From: Gammaproteobacteria bacterium
GTDB lineage: Bacteria; Pseudomonadota; Gammaproteobacteria; Pseudomonadales; Azotimanducaceae
Direction: 5' to 3'
DNA: 28,054 bases
NCBI GenBank assembly: GCA_003228415.1
Contig: QIDL01000190.1
Coordinates: 1 to 28,054 of the forward strand
Under the pieces are notes generated by a model. That model was not told the origin of the DNA. It saw only the letters and a program-made list of their open reading frames with translations, and searched no databases. This document shows positions 7,610 to 16,642 of the stretch, in pieces. The position numbers and the translations under genes were made by a program. Position 1 is the stretch's first letter; every line of letters begins with the position of its first letter.

Positions 7610-8344
7610 CTAGTTGAAACCGAGTAATCCGGTGGCTCCCCTGGCGAACAGGAGGGTGGCGATGGCGAGGATCACCCAGCTGCTCGCTGTCCGGAACCGT
7701 TTATCTGTCAGCCGTACCAGCATGCGAGTCCCGATTCGGGTCCCGATCACAGCGGTCACAATCGCCAGAGCGTAGACCCAGTCTGGCATCGCGTCGCTGA
7801 CCCCGATGATCAGGCCGTAATAAAAAAGTTTCAGCAGATGTCCGAGCGTCTGGGTGAACGCCTTGCTGGCAATGACCTCGAAGCGATTCAATCGCGTGTT
7901 GAGGTAGAAGACATCGAGCAGAGGGCCGGATGCACCGGCAAAGAGTTGTGCGGCAGTGACCGCGATTCCGCAGGCAAAGGTGGTAGGCGGATGATTGATG
8001 TCCAGACCGTGGAGCCTGGGAGTGAGGCGAGCCAGCCAGGGGAAGATGCCGACAATCATCAGAATCAGATTGGCATCCGGAAGCACTGCCAGAACGCTGA
8101 AGGCGGCGACGGTGATGGCAGCACCGAGGGCGTATGGCGGCAGGATGTGCCATTGTATGTGAGCCCTTAGAAACCAGGCGCGCGACCCGTTCGCGGTGGC
8201 CTGTACGGCTCCGTGGAGCATCATGGCCGCTCCCACCGAAAGCACAGAGACCAGAATTGCCATCAGAATCATGCCGCCCGCCATTCCGATAAATCCGGAT
8301 AACGCGCTGGTAGCCAGCACGGCGGTGAGGATCAGTGGGATCAT
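7610..8344 (-). CDS. Sulfite exporter TauE/SafE (TSUP) family membrane transporter
   Basis: Multiple hydrophobic segments, with the N-terminal SGFIGMAGGMIL and second-half AGASGPLL glycine motifs typical of TSUP. I moved the start from 8497 (which overlaps the LysR gene) to ATG8344 (MIPLILT); ATG8374 is an alternative. Confidence 0.8.
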   Translation of the reverse strand: MIPLILTAVLATSALSGFIGMAGGMILMAILVSVLSVGAAMMLHGAVQATANGSRAWFLRAHIQWHILPPYALGAAITVAAFSVLAVLPDANLILMIVGIFPWLARLTPRLHGLDINHPPTTFACGIAVTAAQLFAGASGPLLDVFYLNTRLNRFEVIASKAFTQTLGHLLKLFYYGLIIGVSDAMPDWVYALAIVTAVIGTRIGTRMLVRLTDKRFRTASSWVILAIATLLFARGATGLLGFN

Positions 8345-8423
8345 GGCGGGGCAGGATGCCGACGCTCCGATCATGAAAAAAGCGAATAGTTGGAATATGA
8401 TCTGGTCGGAATAGGAAACTATT

Positions 8424-9278
8424 GTGCTGGAAAATCTGGAAACGCTTGTGACCCTGTCGAGAACGGGGACCATGATGGAGACGGCCACGGTGCTCAAGGT
8501 CTCTCAATCTGCCGTGAGTAAACGCATCGCAGCGCTGGAGCGCTACTACGATCGAGCCCTCATCGAACGCCATGGCCGGCGGGTAGTGCTCACCCACCAC
8601 GGCACCAAGCTGGTGGAGAAGGTGACCCCACTCATTTCGGAACTGCGTGGGGTATTTCTCACCGATAACGCGCTGCGGAAGGGCAAAATCATCCTCGGAG
8701 TTTCGGAAGCGATACTGTGCAGCTGGGGCCCGAAGCTGTTCGCCGATGTGCAGGAGCTCATGCCGGAGGTGGAGTTCACCTTTCATGCTCAGCGATCGCC
8801 GGTGGTTCTCGACCGGCTCCGCTCGGGGGAGTACATGGTCGGTATCTGCACCGGCACGTCGGATGCGGATACCGATCTGCAGAGTGAGGTGATCCGCCGT
8901 GAGCCGATGGTGATACTGCCTGCCGGGCTCAGAACGTTGGACTACGAAATTGGAGATCGGCTCGACGTCATCACCATTGAGTCCAGATCGGGTGCCTGGC
9001 GATCCATCGAAGACGACATGGGTCGCTTGAACCTGGTTCGTCGAGAATCCCTGGAGTCGTTTTTTGCGGTCGCGCAGATGGCGATGGCGGGTTTCGGCAA
9101 CGGCCTGGTTCCTGCAGGTGTCGCCAGAACTCTGGGTGTTCGGGAATCCGACTGGATTGACCTTACGGTGGCCGGTCTCAACCGACCGGTGCGCTTTGTA
9201 GCCCGTAAATCGATGTTTGCCCAACCTCTGGTGCAGAACTTTTATCAGGCGGTGTCGGAACGGGTCCAATTCGTCTAA
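8424..9278 (+). CDS. LysR-family transcriptional regulator, divergent from the TSUP gene
   Basis: N-terminal HTH LETLVTLSRTGTMMETATVLKVSQSAVSKRIAALE, then LIERHGRRVVLTHHG and a GKIILGVS effector-domain start. GTG start preceded by AGGA; 284 aa. Confidence 0.93.
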   Translation: MLENLETLVTLSRTGTMMETATVLKVSQSAVSKRIAALERYYDRALIERHGRRVVLTHHGTKLVEKVTPLISELRGVFLTDNALRKGKIILGVSEAILCSWGPKLFADVQELMPEVEFTFHAQRSPVVLDRLRSGEYMVGICTGTSDADTDLQSEVIRREPMVILPAGLRTLDYEIGDRLDVITIESRSGAWRSIEDDMGRLNLVRRESLESFFAVAQMAMAGFGNGLVPAGVARTLGVRESDWIDLTVAGLNRPVRFVARKSMFAQPLVQNFYQAVSERVQFV

Positions 9279-10300
9279 CCGGGCGTTGAGCCGCTACGAC
9301 ACCAGTTCGCAATTGCGGCAACCCAGTCCGCGTCGTCATTGAGACAGGGAACGAGTGTCAGGGTATCGCCTCCGGCCGCGAGGAAACGCCTCCGACCGGC
9401 AATGCCGATCTCTTCCAGGGTTTCCAGGTTGTCGGCGACGAACGCCGGGCAGGCGACAACGAGATTGCGGATGCCTCGTTCGGCCAACTGGATCAATGTT
9501 TCCGCCGTATAAGGCGATAACCAGGGCAATCGGCCTAGTCGGGATTGAAAGCTGACGCTATAGCGATCTGGATCGATATTCAGAATAGCCACAAGACGTC
9601 GGGTGGTCTCGAAAACCTGGTGACGGTAACAGGTCGGGTGCGCGGTGGATGCAACCTGGCAACAGTCCGGGCTCGACAGGCAATGGCTGTTGGTCGGGTC
9701 AGCTTTGATCAGATGGCGTTCCGGTAGACCATGATAGCTCAGCAACAGGTGATCCCATGGCTCGTTCAGGTGTCGGCGGATCAGATTCGCTTGCGCTCGA
9801 AGGTAATCGTCCTCGTCGAAAAAAGGCGCTGCCACCTCGAGTTCCATTGTTTCGGGTAACTGTGCCTTCAGCGCCTGTATGGTGGTTTCCCGGGTGGAAT
9901 CGGCGTGTTGAGGGTAAAGGGCGATGAGGAGAATTTCCCTGGCGTTGCTTGCGGCGAGCTTTTGCAGGCCCTGGCGGATACTCGGTTGGCCATAACGCAT
10001 GGCGATCTCGCAGGGCATGTCTTTGAGCCGACGCTGCACTGCACTGCCGAGCTTCCGAGTGAAGTGCAGGAGCGGAGAACCGGTTCCCGGCCCTGCGGCA
10101 TCCCAGATTTTCTGGTATGCGGCGGCGCTCTTGCGTGGCCGAAACGGCAGGATGAAGCCAGACACGACGATCTGCCGGAGTGGGGCAGGCAGGTCGATGA
10201 CGTAGGGATCGTTCAAAAACTCCCCCAGGTAGGCACGCACATCACCAACCGCCGGCGATGCCGGGGTACCCAGGTTGACCAGCAGAACACCACGAGTCAT
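9275..10300 (-). CDS. hemH: Protoporphyrin ferrochelatase
   Basis: GVLLVNLGTP, YLGEFLNDPYV, MRYGQPSI, LYPQHA, SYHGLP, FQSRLG-x2-PWL-x-PYT and FVADNLETLEEI motifs. It also carries an internal C-x5-CC-x9-C insertion. Confidence 0.96.
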   Translation of the reverse strand: MTRGVLLVNLGTPASPAVGDVRAYLGEFLNDPYVIDLPAPLRQIVVSGFILPFRPRKSAAAYQKIWDAAGPGTGSPLLHFTRKLGSAVQRRLKDMPCEIAMRYGQPSIRQGLQKLAASNAREILLIALYPQHADSTRETTIQALKAQLPETMELEVAAPFFDEDDYLRAQANLIRRHLNEPWDHLLLSYHGLPERHLIKADPTNSHCLSSPDCCQVASTAHPTCYRHQVFETTRRLVAILNIDPDRYSVSFQSRLGRLPWLSPYTAETLIQLAERGIRNLVVACPAFVADNLETLEEIGIAGRRRFLAAGGDTLTLVPCLNDDADWVAAIANWCRSGSTPG

Positions 10301-10407
10301 TTGTTCAGTTGTGCTCCTCTTGGATTGTTGAAGGCGTTTACCGATAATTGGTTGTCGAAGCCGGTTGCGATAGTATCCGCGGTCTTTTTTGAAGTCATGT
10401 GGGAATC

Positions 10408-11037
10408 ATGAATCAGCGCACAGCCGTGATCATCGATTACGATGCCGGGAATCTGAAGAGCGTGCAGCGCGCCTGTGCCGAGGTGGGTCTGTCGGCTTCG
10501 ATCAGCGCCGACCCGGAGGTCGTGCGACGGGCCGAACGGGTGATATTTCCTGGTGTTGGAGCCGCGGGCAGTGCGATGCGCAGCATGACCCGCGCAGGCA
10601 TGGGTGAGGCCTTGAAAGAGGTGATTCGCAGTGGGGTGCCGGTGCTCGGCATCTGCCTGGGGTTACAGATCTCGCTGGATTACTCGGAAGAAGACGATCA
10701 GGCCACGCTGGGATTACTCCCTGGTCGGGTTGTCAGATTCCGCTTCGATAAACCGGAGTTGAAAATTCCACACATGGGCTGGAATGAGGTGCGGGTGACG
10801 AAGCCGCATCCGATCCTCGAGGGAATTGAGCCTGGCGATGAGTTCTACTTCGTGCACGGCTACTATCCCGAGCCTGAGCAAACCGGGCAGGTCTATGCGT
10901 TGACCGAATACGAATCGGACTTCGCCAGCGCCGTTGGTCAGGACAATTACTTTGCCACGCAGTTTCATCCTGAGAAAAGCGGCAGGGTGGGGCTGCGCTT
11001 GTTGTCGGCGTTTTCAGAGTGGAACGGCCGATGTTGA
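10408..11037 (+). CDS. hisH: Imidazole glycerol phosphate synthase, glutamine amidotransferase subunit
   Basis: [24 protein letters not shown] (catalytic Cys), KIPHMGWN and QFHPEKSG (His-x-Glu). ATG10408 is preferred over GTG10399. Confidence 0.93.
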   Translation: MNQRTAVIIDYDAGNLKSVQRACAEVGLSASISADPEVVRRAERVIFPGVGAAGSAMRSMTRAGMGEALKEVIRSGVPVLGICLGLQISLDYSEEDDQATLGLLPGRVVRFRFDKPELKIPHMGWNEVRVTKPHPILEGIEPGDEFYFVHGYYPEPEQTGQVYALTEYESDFASAVGQDNYFATQFHPEKSGRVGLRLLSAFSEWNGRC

Positions 11038-11810
11038 GCAAACGACTCATTGCCTGTCTTGATGTGCGTGACGGCAAGCTTGCGAAAAGTATCAGGTTCG
11101 TCGATACCAGGGATATCGGTGACCCGGTGGAGAAAGCGCGCGAATACTATCTCGATGGGTTGGATGAGCTGGTATTCTATGACATTACCGCGTCGAGTGA
11201 TAAGCGTAACATCATGCTGGACGTTGTGGAGGCCGTGGCCGAGCAGGTGTTCATTCCCTTGTCTGTCGGTGGGGGTATCCGCTCGGTAGCTGACGCGACC
11301 GACCTGCGGCTCGCGGGAGCGGAGAAGATCAATGTAAATTCCGCGGCCGTCCAGCGTCCGGCTCTGATCAGCGAATGTGCAGAGGCGATCGGCTCGCAGA
11401 ACATCGTGCTGTCGATGGACATCCGCGCGGTCGATGTAAGCGAAACCTGCCAAAGCGGCTACCAAATCGTCATCAACGGCGGCCGCACCCCGATGGGTCT
11501 TGATGCGCTTGCCTGGGCGCTGCAGGGAGAGCGTCTCGGCGCGGGTGAACTGGTGATTAATTCCATCGATGCCGACGGCACACAGAAGGGTTACGAGTTG
11601 AAACTGACTGCCATGCTCGCCGAGGCCGTGCGAATTCCCGTCATCGCCTCCGGAGGTGCCGGAACACCGGATCATCTCGTCGATGTACTGACCCAAGGCA
11701 AGGCCGATGCAGCCCTTGTGGCGTCGATGGTGCACTATGGCGCCTATACGATCAGCGAACTCAAACAGCACCTGCATGCTCATGGCGTGAAGATGCGTAT
11801 GTCCTGGTAG
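11031..11810 (+). CDS. hisF: Imidazole glycerol phosphate synthase, cyclase subunit
   Basis: [53 protein letters not shown] and PVIASGGAG. Its start overlaps the hisH stop (ATGTTGA, 11031-11037). Confidence 0.95.
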   Translation: MLSKRLIACLDVRDGKLAKSIRFVDTRDIGDPVEKAREYYLDGLDELVFYDITASSDKRNIMLDVVEAVAEQVFIPLSVGGGIRSVADATDLRLAGAEKINVNSAAVQRPALISECAEAIGSQNIVLSMDIRAVDVSETCQSGYQIVINGGRTPMGLDALAWALQGERLGAGELVINSIDADGTQKGYELKLTAMLAEAVRIPVIASGGAGTPDHLVDVLTQGKADAALVASMVHYGAYTISELKQHLHAHGVKMRMSW

Positions 11811-11839
11811 CGACCACTTTTCATACCAATGGAGTATCC

Positions 11840-12808
11840 ATGAAGGCCATAAAAGTCGAGCGCGATGAACTTCTCTGGATGGAGGCCGAGTCACCGGCTC
11901 TCGGTGTTGGAGAAGTCAGGATACGGGTGTTGGCGAGCGCGGTGAATCGAGCCGATCTCGTTCAGCGTTCCGGGGGTTATCCACCACCGCCTGGAGCCAG
12001 CGACATTCTCGGTCTGGAATGTGCTGGTGAGGTGCTGGAAATCGGCGAGGGGGTGGGCCGGGTGCAACCGGGTGATCCGGTTTGCGCGCTGCTGGCCGGT
12101 GGTGGCTACGCTGAAGAAGTGGTCGTTCCGGCCGGACAGGTATTGCCGATCCCCGATGGTCTGAGTGCTGTTGAAGCGGCGGCGTTACCGGAGGTGTTTG
12201 CCACTGCGTTTCTGAACCTCTATATGGAGGCCAACCTCACACCTGGTGAGAAAGTGCTGTTGCACGCCGGTGCGAGCGGTGTGGGAACCGCCGCTATTCA
12301 GCTCTGCAAACTGACCCACAACGACTGTTTCGTGACCGTCGGCAACGCCGGAAAGATTGATGAGTGCGTCCGGCTCGGTGCTGCCGGTGGCTGGAATCGG
12401 CACGAGGGAGAGTTCAAACAGGCGGTTCAAGAGTGGTCTGGTGGTGGGGTCGACGTCATCCTGGATCCGGTCGGTGCGGCTTATCTGTCGGACAATCTTC
12501 TGGTCCTGAATCCGGACGGACGGCTGGTCGTCATCGGCTTGATGGGTGGCGTCGAGACCTCGGTCAATCTGGGGCTCATGTTGGTCAAACGTTTGCGCAT
12601 TGTCGGTTCGACGCTGCGAGCCAGGTCGATACCCGCCAAGGCGCTGGTCATGGATCGGTTGCGTGATGAAGTCTGGCCACATATTGCCACCGGTGACATT
12701 CGCCCGGTGATCGATACGGTGATTCCCATCGAAGAGGCGGATCGGGCCCACGCGCTCGTTGCAGGAGATCAGACCGTGGGTAAGGTGGTATTGAAGGTCT
12801 CTGAATAA
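11840..12808 (+). CDS. NAD(P)H-quinone oxidoreductase, zeta-crystallin/PIG3-type MDR
   Basis: AVNRADLVQRSGGYPPPPGAS, LGLECAG, AAALPEVFATA, VLLHAGASGVGTAAIQ, GSTLRAR and GKVVL motifs. Confidence 0.92.
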   Translation: MKAIKVERDELLWMEAESPALGVGEVRIRVLASAVNRADLVQRSGGYPPPPGASDILGLECAGEVLEIGEGVGRVQPGDPVCALLAGGGYAEEVVVPAGQVLPIPDGLSAVEAAALPEVFATAFLNLYMEANLTPGEKVLLHAGASGVGTAAIQLCKLTHNDCFVTVGNAGKIDECVRLGAAGGWNRHEGEFKQAVQEWSGGGVDVILDPVGAAYLSDNLLVLNPDGRLVVIGLMGGVETSVNLGLMLVKRLRIVGSTLRARSIPAKALVMDRLRDEVWPHIATGDIRPVIDTVIPIEEADRAHALVAGDQTVGKVVLKVSE

Positions 12809-12841
12809 ACGTCTGTGGTACTAATGGGCTCCCCGTTGCCC

Positions 12842-15625
12842 TTATTGCAGATTGTCCAATGACTGGAGCTGTTCGCTCAGCACCGCGAGTGACGCGTTCG
12901 CTTCTTGCGCTTTTCGCTGTTCTTTGGCGACGACCTCTGCAGGCGCCTTGGCGACGAAGTTCTGATTGCCGAGTTTCTTCTCGATTCGCTCTAGATCGGC
13001 CTTCTTGCGTTCAATTTCTTTACTGAGCCGTAGCCGCTCACCCTCCACGTCGATCAGACCCGCCAGCGGTACCATGACCTTCAGATCGCCCACCAGCGCC
13101 AGAGCGTTTGGTGGCGGCTGTGCAGGTTCATCCAGCCAGCGAATGGCGGTTACCTTGGCGAGACGCTTGAGCAGCGCTGCGGAATTCTCGGAGAGCGCCC
13201 GATCCTCACTGCCGCCACCCTGCAACAGGAGTTCGATTTCTACGCCCGGCTTGATATTCGCCTCACCGCGAATATTGCGAATTCCATCGATGACGCCCTT
13301 GAGCCACTCCACCGCTGTGTCTGCCTCGATATCGACAGGGAAATCTGCGAGATCCGGGAAGGGCTGCAGCATGATCGTGGGGCCCTCGTTTCCGATCAGA
13401 GGAGCGACCTCGCACCAGATGGTCTCGGTGATGTAAGGGATGATCGGATGAGCGGCGCGCAGCAGACAATCGAGCACACGCAGTAACGTCAGACGGGTGC
13501 CGCGCAGCTCTTCTGCGGAGGCGGATTCATCCCACAGCAGTGGCTTGGTGAGTTCAAGATACCAGTCGCAGTACTCGTGCCAGACAAATTCGTAGATACT
13601 TTTCGCATACAGATCGAAACGATAGGTGGCAATGGCTCGCTCGGCATCTTCGATCATGGCGTGGGAGCGTGAAAGGATCCAACGGTCTGCGAGACTTAAG
13701 GCCACGGGCCCTTCGAGGCTCCCCTCATCGGCGTCTGCGTTCATCAGGACAAACCGTGCTGCGTTCCAGAGCTTGTTGCAGAAGTTGCGGTAACCTTCGA
13801 TCCTGGCAAGATCGAAGCGTACGTCCCTGCCGGTGCCGGCCAGCGCGCAGTAGGTAAAGCGCAGGGCATCGGTACCGTAGGAAGGGACGCCGTCCGGAAA
13901 ATCGCGTCTGGTCTTTGACTCAATACCCGGCGCCATCTGCGGCTGGGTGAGGTTGCTGGTGCGCTTTTCGATCAATTCATCCAGGGTGATCCCTTCAATG
14001 AGATCCAGCGGGTCGAGCCCGTTGCCCTTGGTCTTGGACATTTTCTGACCGTCGGCATCCTTGACGAGGCCGTGTATATAGACCGTTTTGAAGGGGATCT
14101 CGCCGGTGAACTTGAGTGTCATCATGATCATTCTGGCGACCCAGAAGAAGATGATGTCATGGCCGGTCACCAGGGCATCCGTTGGATGAAACTGCGAGAG
14201 CTCCTTGGTTTGCTCGGGCCAGCCAAGGGTGGCAAACGTCCAGAGTGACGAGGAGAACCAGGTCTCCAGCACGTCCGGATCCTGCTCCAGGCGAATACTT
14301 TCACCGAGTCGGTATTTCACCCTGACCTCGGCTTCGCTACGGCCTACATACACTTTTCCCTCGGGATCGTAGTAAGCCGGGATGCGATGGCCCCACCACT
14401 GCTGACGGGATATGCACCAGTCCTGAATGTTGCGCATCCAGGCGAAGTAGACATTCTGGTATTGCCGGGGAATGAATTCGATCTCGCCGTTTTCCACCGC
14501 GGCGATGGCCGGCTCCGCCAACGGCTTTATTTTGACGAACCACTGGTCGGTCAGTAACGGCTCAATGATCGCTGCGGAACGGTCACCTCGGGGAACCATG
14601 AGCTTGTGTGGTTCGACCTTTTCCAGCAGGTCGAGAGCATCCAGGTCGGCGACGATCAGTTTACGGGCATCGAATCGATCGAGCCGACGATACGCTTCGG
14701 GTGCGTTGTCATTGATGGACGCATCCGGGTTGAAGATATTGATCAGAGCCAGGTCGTGCCGGGCGCCAATCTCGTTGTCGTTGAAATCGTGCGCAGGCGT
14801 AATCTTGACACAGCCCGTACCAAAATCCACATCCACATAGTCGTCCGCAATGATCGGTATGTCTCGATCGGCGAGGGGCAGGCGCACCGTTCCACCGATC
14901 AGATTCTTATAGCGTTCGTCATCGGGATGGACGGCGACCGCGCTATCTCCGAGCATGGTCTCAGGCCGAGTCGTGGCGACTACCAGATAGTCTGTTCCTG
15001 TCGAGGTGGTCAGTCCGTCCGTCAGCGGGTAGCGGAAGTGCCAGAGCTGGCCGTCTTCCTCTTCGTTTTCGACTTCCAGATCCGAGATCGCCGTCAGCAG
15101 CTCCGGATCCCAGTTGACCAGCCGCTTGCCACGGTAGATCAGGCCTTCTTCGAAGAGCTGGACGAATACTTCCAGCACGGCCCTGGAGAAGCCTTCATCC
15201 AGGGTGAACCGATCGCGCGACCAATCCAGAGAACTACCCATGCGCCTGAGTTGTTCAGAGATCGTGTTGCCGGAAGAGCGTTTCCAGTCCCAGACCTTTT
15301 CGATAAAGGCCTCCCGGCCAATGTCCAACCGGCTTGTGCCTTCGGCATTCAATTGTCTATCGACCAGCATCTGGGTGGAAATGCCCGCATGGTCGGTTCC
15401 CATCTGCCACAGCGTGCAATTGCCTTTCATTCGATGGTAGCGGATCAGTGCGTCCATCAACGTGTGCTGAAAGCCGTGGCCCATGTGCAGGCTGCCGGTG
15501 ACGTTGGGCGGTGGTATGACAATGCAGTAGCTCGGCCCATTACCCTGGGGTGCAAAGTTTCCGGCTTCTTCCCATTGCTGATAGAGAGTCTGCTCAATGC
15601 CATGTGGATCGAAACTGCTATCCAT
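12842..15625 (-). CDS. valS: Valine--tRNA ligase
   Basis: [13 protein letters not shown] (HIGH), [39 protein letters not shown] (KMSKS) and a C-terminal coiled coil. Start reassigned to ATG15625 (MDSSFDP), which overlaps the upstream stop. Confidence 0.98.
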   Translation of the reverse strand: MDSSFDPHGIEQTLYQQWEEAGNFAPQGNGPSYCIVIPPPNVTGSLHMGHGFQHTLMDALIRYHRMKGNCTLWQMGTDHAGISTQMLVDRQLNAEGTSRLDIGREAFIEKVWDWKRSSGNTISEQLRRMGSSLDWSRDRFTLDEGFSRAVLEVFVQLFEEGLIYRGKRLVNWDPELLTAISDLEVENEEEDGQLWHFRYPLTDGLTTSTGTDYLVVATTRPETMLGDSAVAVHPDDERYKNLIGGTVRLPLADRDIPIIADDYVDVDFGTGCVKITPAHDFNDNEIGARHDLALINIFNPDASINDNAPEAYRRLDRFDARKLIVADLDALDLLEKVEPHKLMVPRGDRSAAIIEPLLTDQWFVKIKPLAEPAIAAVENGEIEFIPRQYQNVYFAWMRNIQDWCISRQQWWGHRIPAYYDPEGKVYVGRSEAEVRVKYRLGESIRLEQDPDVLETWFSSSLWTFATLGWPEQTKELSQFHPTDALVTGHDIIFFWVARMIMMTLKFTGEIPFKTVYIHGLVKDADGQKMSKTKGNGLDPLDLIEGITLDELIEKRTSNLTQPQMAPGIESKTRRDFPDGVPSYGTDALRFTYCALAGTGRDVRFDLARIEGYRNFCNKLWNAARFVLMNADADEGSLEGPVALSLADRWILSRSHAMIEDAERAIATYRFDLYAKSIYEFVWHEYCDWYLELTKPLLWDESASAEELRGTRLTLLRVLDCLLRAAHPIIPYITETIWCEVAPLIGNEGPTIMLQPFPDLADFPVDIEADTAVEWLKGVIDGIRNIRGEANIKPGVEIELLLQGGGSEDRALSENSAALLKRLAKVTAIRWLDEPAQPPPNALALVGDLKVMVPLAGLIDVEGERLRLSKEIERKKADLERIEKKLGNQNFVAKAPAEVVAKEQRKAQEANASLAVLSEQLQSLDNLQ

Positions 15626-16199
15626 CGGTATCGGAATCGCCCCTTTCGTTGAGTGGAGGTCGAGCTTCCAGAAGCGCTTTGATCTGCTCATTGAGCGCGG
15701 CTTCGGCGGCGCTCAAAATTTCCGCCCGGAGTTCCTGCAGATGTGCTCGAATGGTTTTATGAAGCCACTCGGTGAGCGTGGCGTCGATACGAATCCGCAA
15801 CGCTTCATTCAATTCGTCGGTGTGTTCCGGTGTCCATTCATTGCGTTGCGCTTCGATAGCGCCCCGTGCTTCTGTCATCAGGTCTGCCGCGGTGCGCTGC
15901 CAGTCGTCGCCGAGCAATGCCTGAAAGAGATCTTCGTCCAGGCTGTCCTCGGTAGCATCCATGCCGGTATCCAGGTCGAGTGCAGGCCTCTCGAACGATG
16001 TTTCCTGGAGATCTATACCACCGTCCACTACGTCATCGAGAAGAGGCACGCGAGATTCCGCCGTGGCTTCCTCATCGACGGGCAGTTCCACATCGAGTAG
16101 TTCCCTGATCGACTCGAGATCAACGAGCAGCATGTCGGGTGACTGTTCGTCGACGTCAACCTGCCCACCGGTGTTGCTGGAATCGCTGGCCTTGCTCAT
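15618..16199 (-). CDS. Conserved-position acidic hypothetical protein between holC and valS; PopZ-like architecture (hypothesis)
   Basis: 193 aa, overlapping holC by ATGA and valS by 8 bp. By my count 49 of 193 residues are D/E (30 in the first 100, against 4 K/R). Motifs [20 protein letters not shown] and a C-terminal amphipathic region containing LTEWL. Confidence 0.85.
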   Translation of the reverse strand: MSKASDSSNTGGQVDVDEQSPDMLLVDLESIRELLDVELPVDEEATAESRVPLLDDVVDGGIDLQETSFERPALDLDTGMDATEDSLDEDLFQALLGDDWQRTAADLMTEARGAIEAQRNEWTPEHTDELNEALRIRIDATLTEWLHKTIRAHLQELRAEILSAAEAALNEQIKALLEARPPLNERGDSDTDG

Positions 16200-16642
16200 G
16201 TTGCGGTCTGATCGGTTTCCCAGTCATCGAGTTCATGGTGGTATAGAGGAAAGCCCCGATCTCGATAGAACTTGTATCGATCGCGACCCTCTTCACGAGT
16301 GTCCTGCACCACGATTTCCGCAACTCGATCGAAGCGACCGAAGAATTCCGGTACGGTCCGCGTCAAGTTCACCAGAACGCCATCGTATCGTGGTGGCTCA
16401 CACCACGTCAGCACGATCGGTGCCACTCCGGATGCGCCATCGGATTGCGTGCAGTGCGGCAAGAATCGGCGATCGGGATAGTGCCACAATAACTCGTCGA
16501 CTTCGCTCGCCGCCTGTTCGTCGTCCGTGTGCATGATCACCTGATGCCCGGCGCGAACGGCTTTGGATGCGAGCCGACAGGCAAAGCGATAGAGCGCCGA
16601 TATCGCCACATCCTGCAAAACATAGAAGTCGACGCGGGTCAT
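16196..16642 (-). CDS. holC: DNA polymerase III subunit chi
   Basis: MTRVDFYVL, FACRLASKA, VDELLWHY-x3-RFLPH, VLVNL, PEFFGRFDRVAEIV and RYKFYRDRG; sits between pepA and valS. Confidence 0.95.
   Translation of the reverse strand: MTRVDFYVLQDVAISALYRFACRLASKAVRAGHQVIMHTDDEQAASEVDELLWHYPDRRFLPHCTQSDGASGVAPIVLTWCEPPRYDGVLVNLTRTVPEFFGRFDRVAEIVVQDTREEGRDRYKFYRDRGFPLYHHELDDWETDQTAT

Noticed and set aside
7701-9269. 522-aa minus-strand ORF spanning the LysR gene (antisense) and the TSUP gene (alternative frame)
   Set aside because: It has no recognisable motifs and an Arg/His-rich composition typical of shadow frames in GC-rich DNA, and both overlapped genes have clear family signatures. Only proteomics or a selection test on the alternative frame could revive it.
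10340-10360. Fur-box-like GATAAT upstream of hemH
   Set aside because: Only a half-site matches (GATAATTGGTTGTC), which is too weak to call.
14026-14043. KMSKT instead of KMSKS in ValS
   Set aside because: A conservative Ser-to-Thr change with the catalytic Lys retained; a natural class I synthetase variant.
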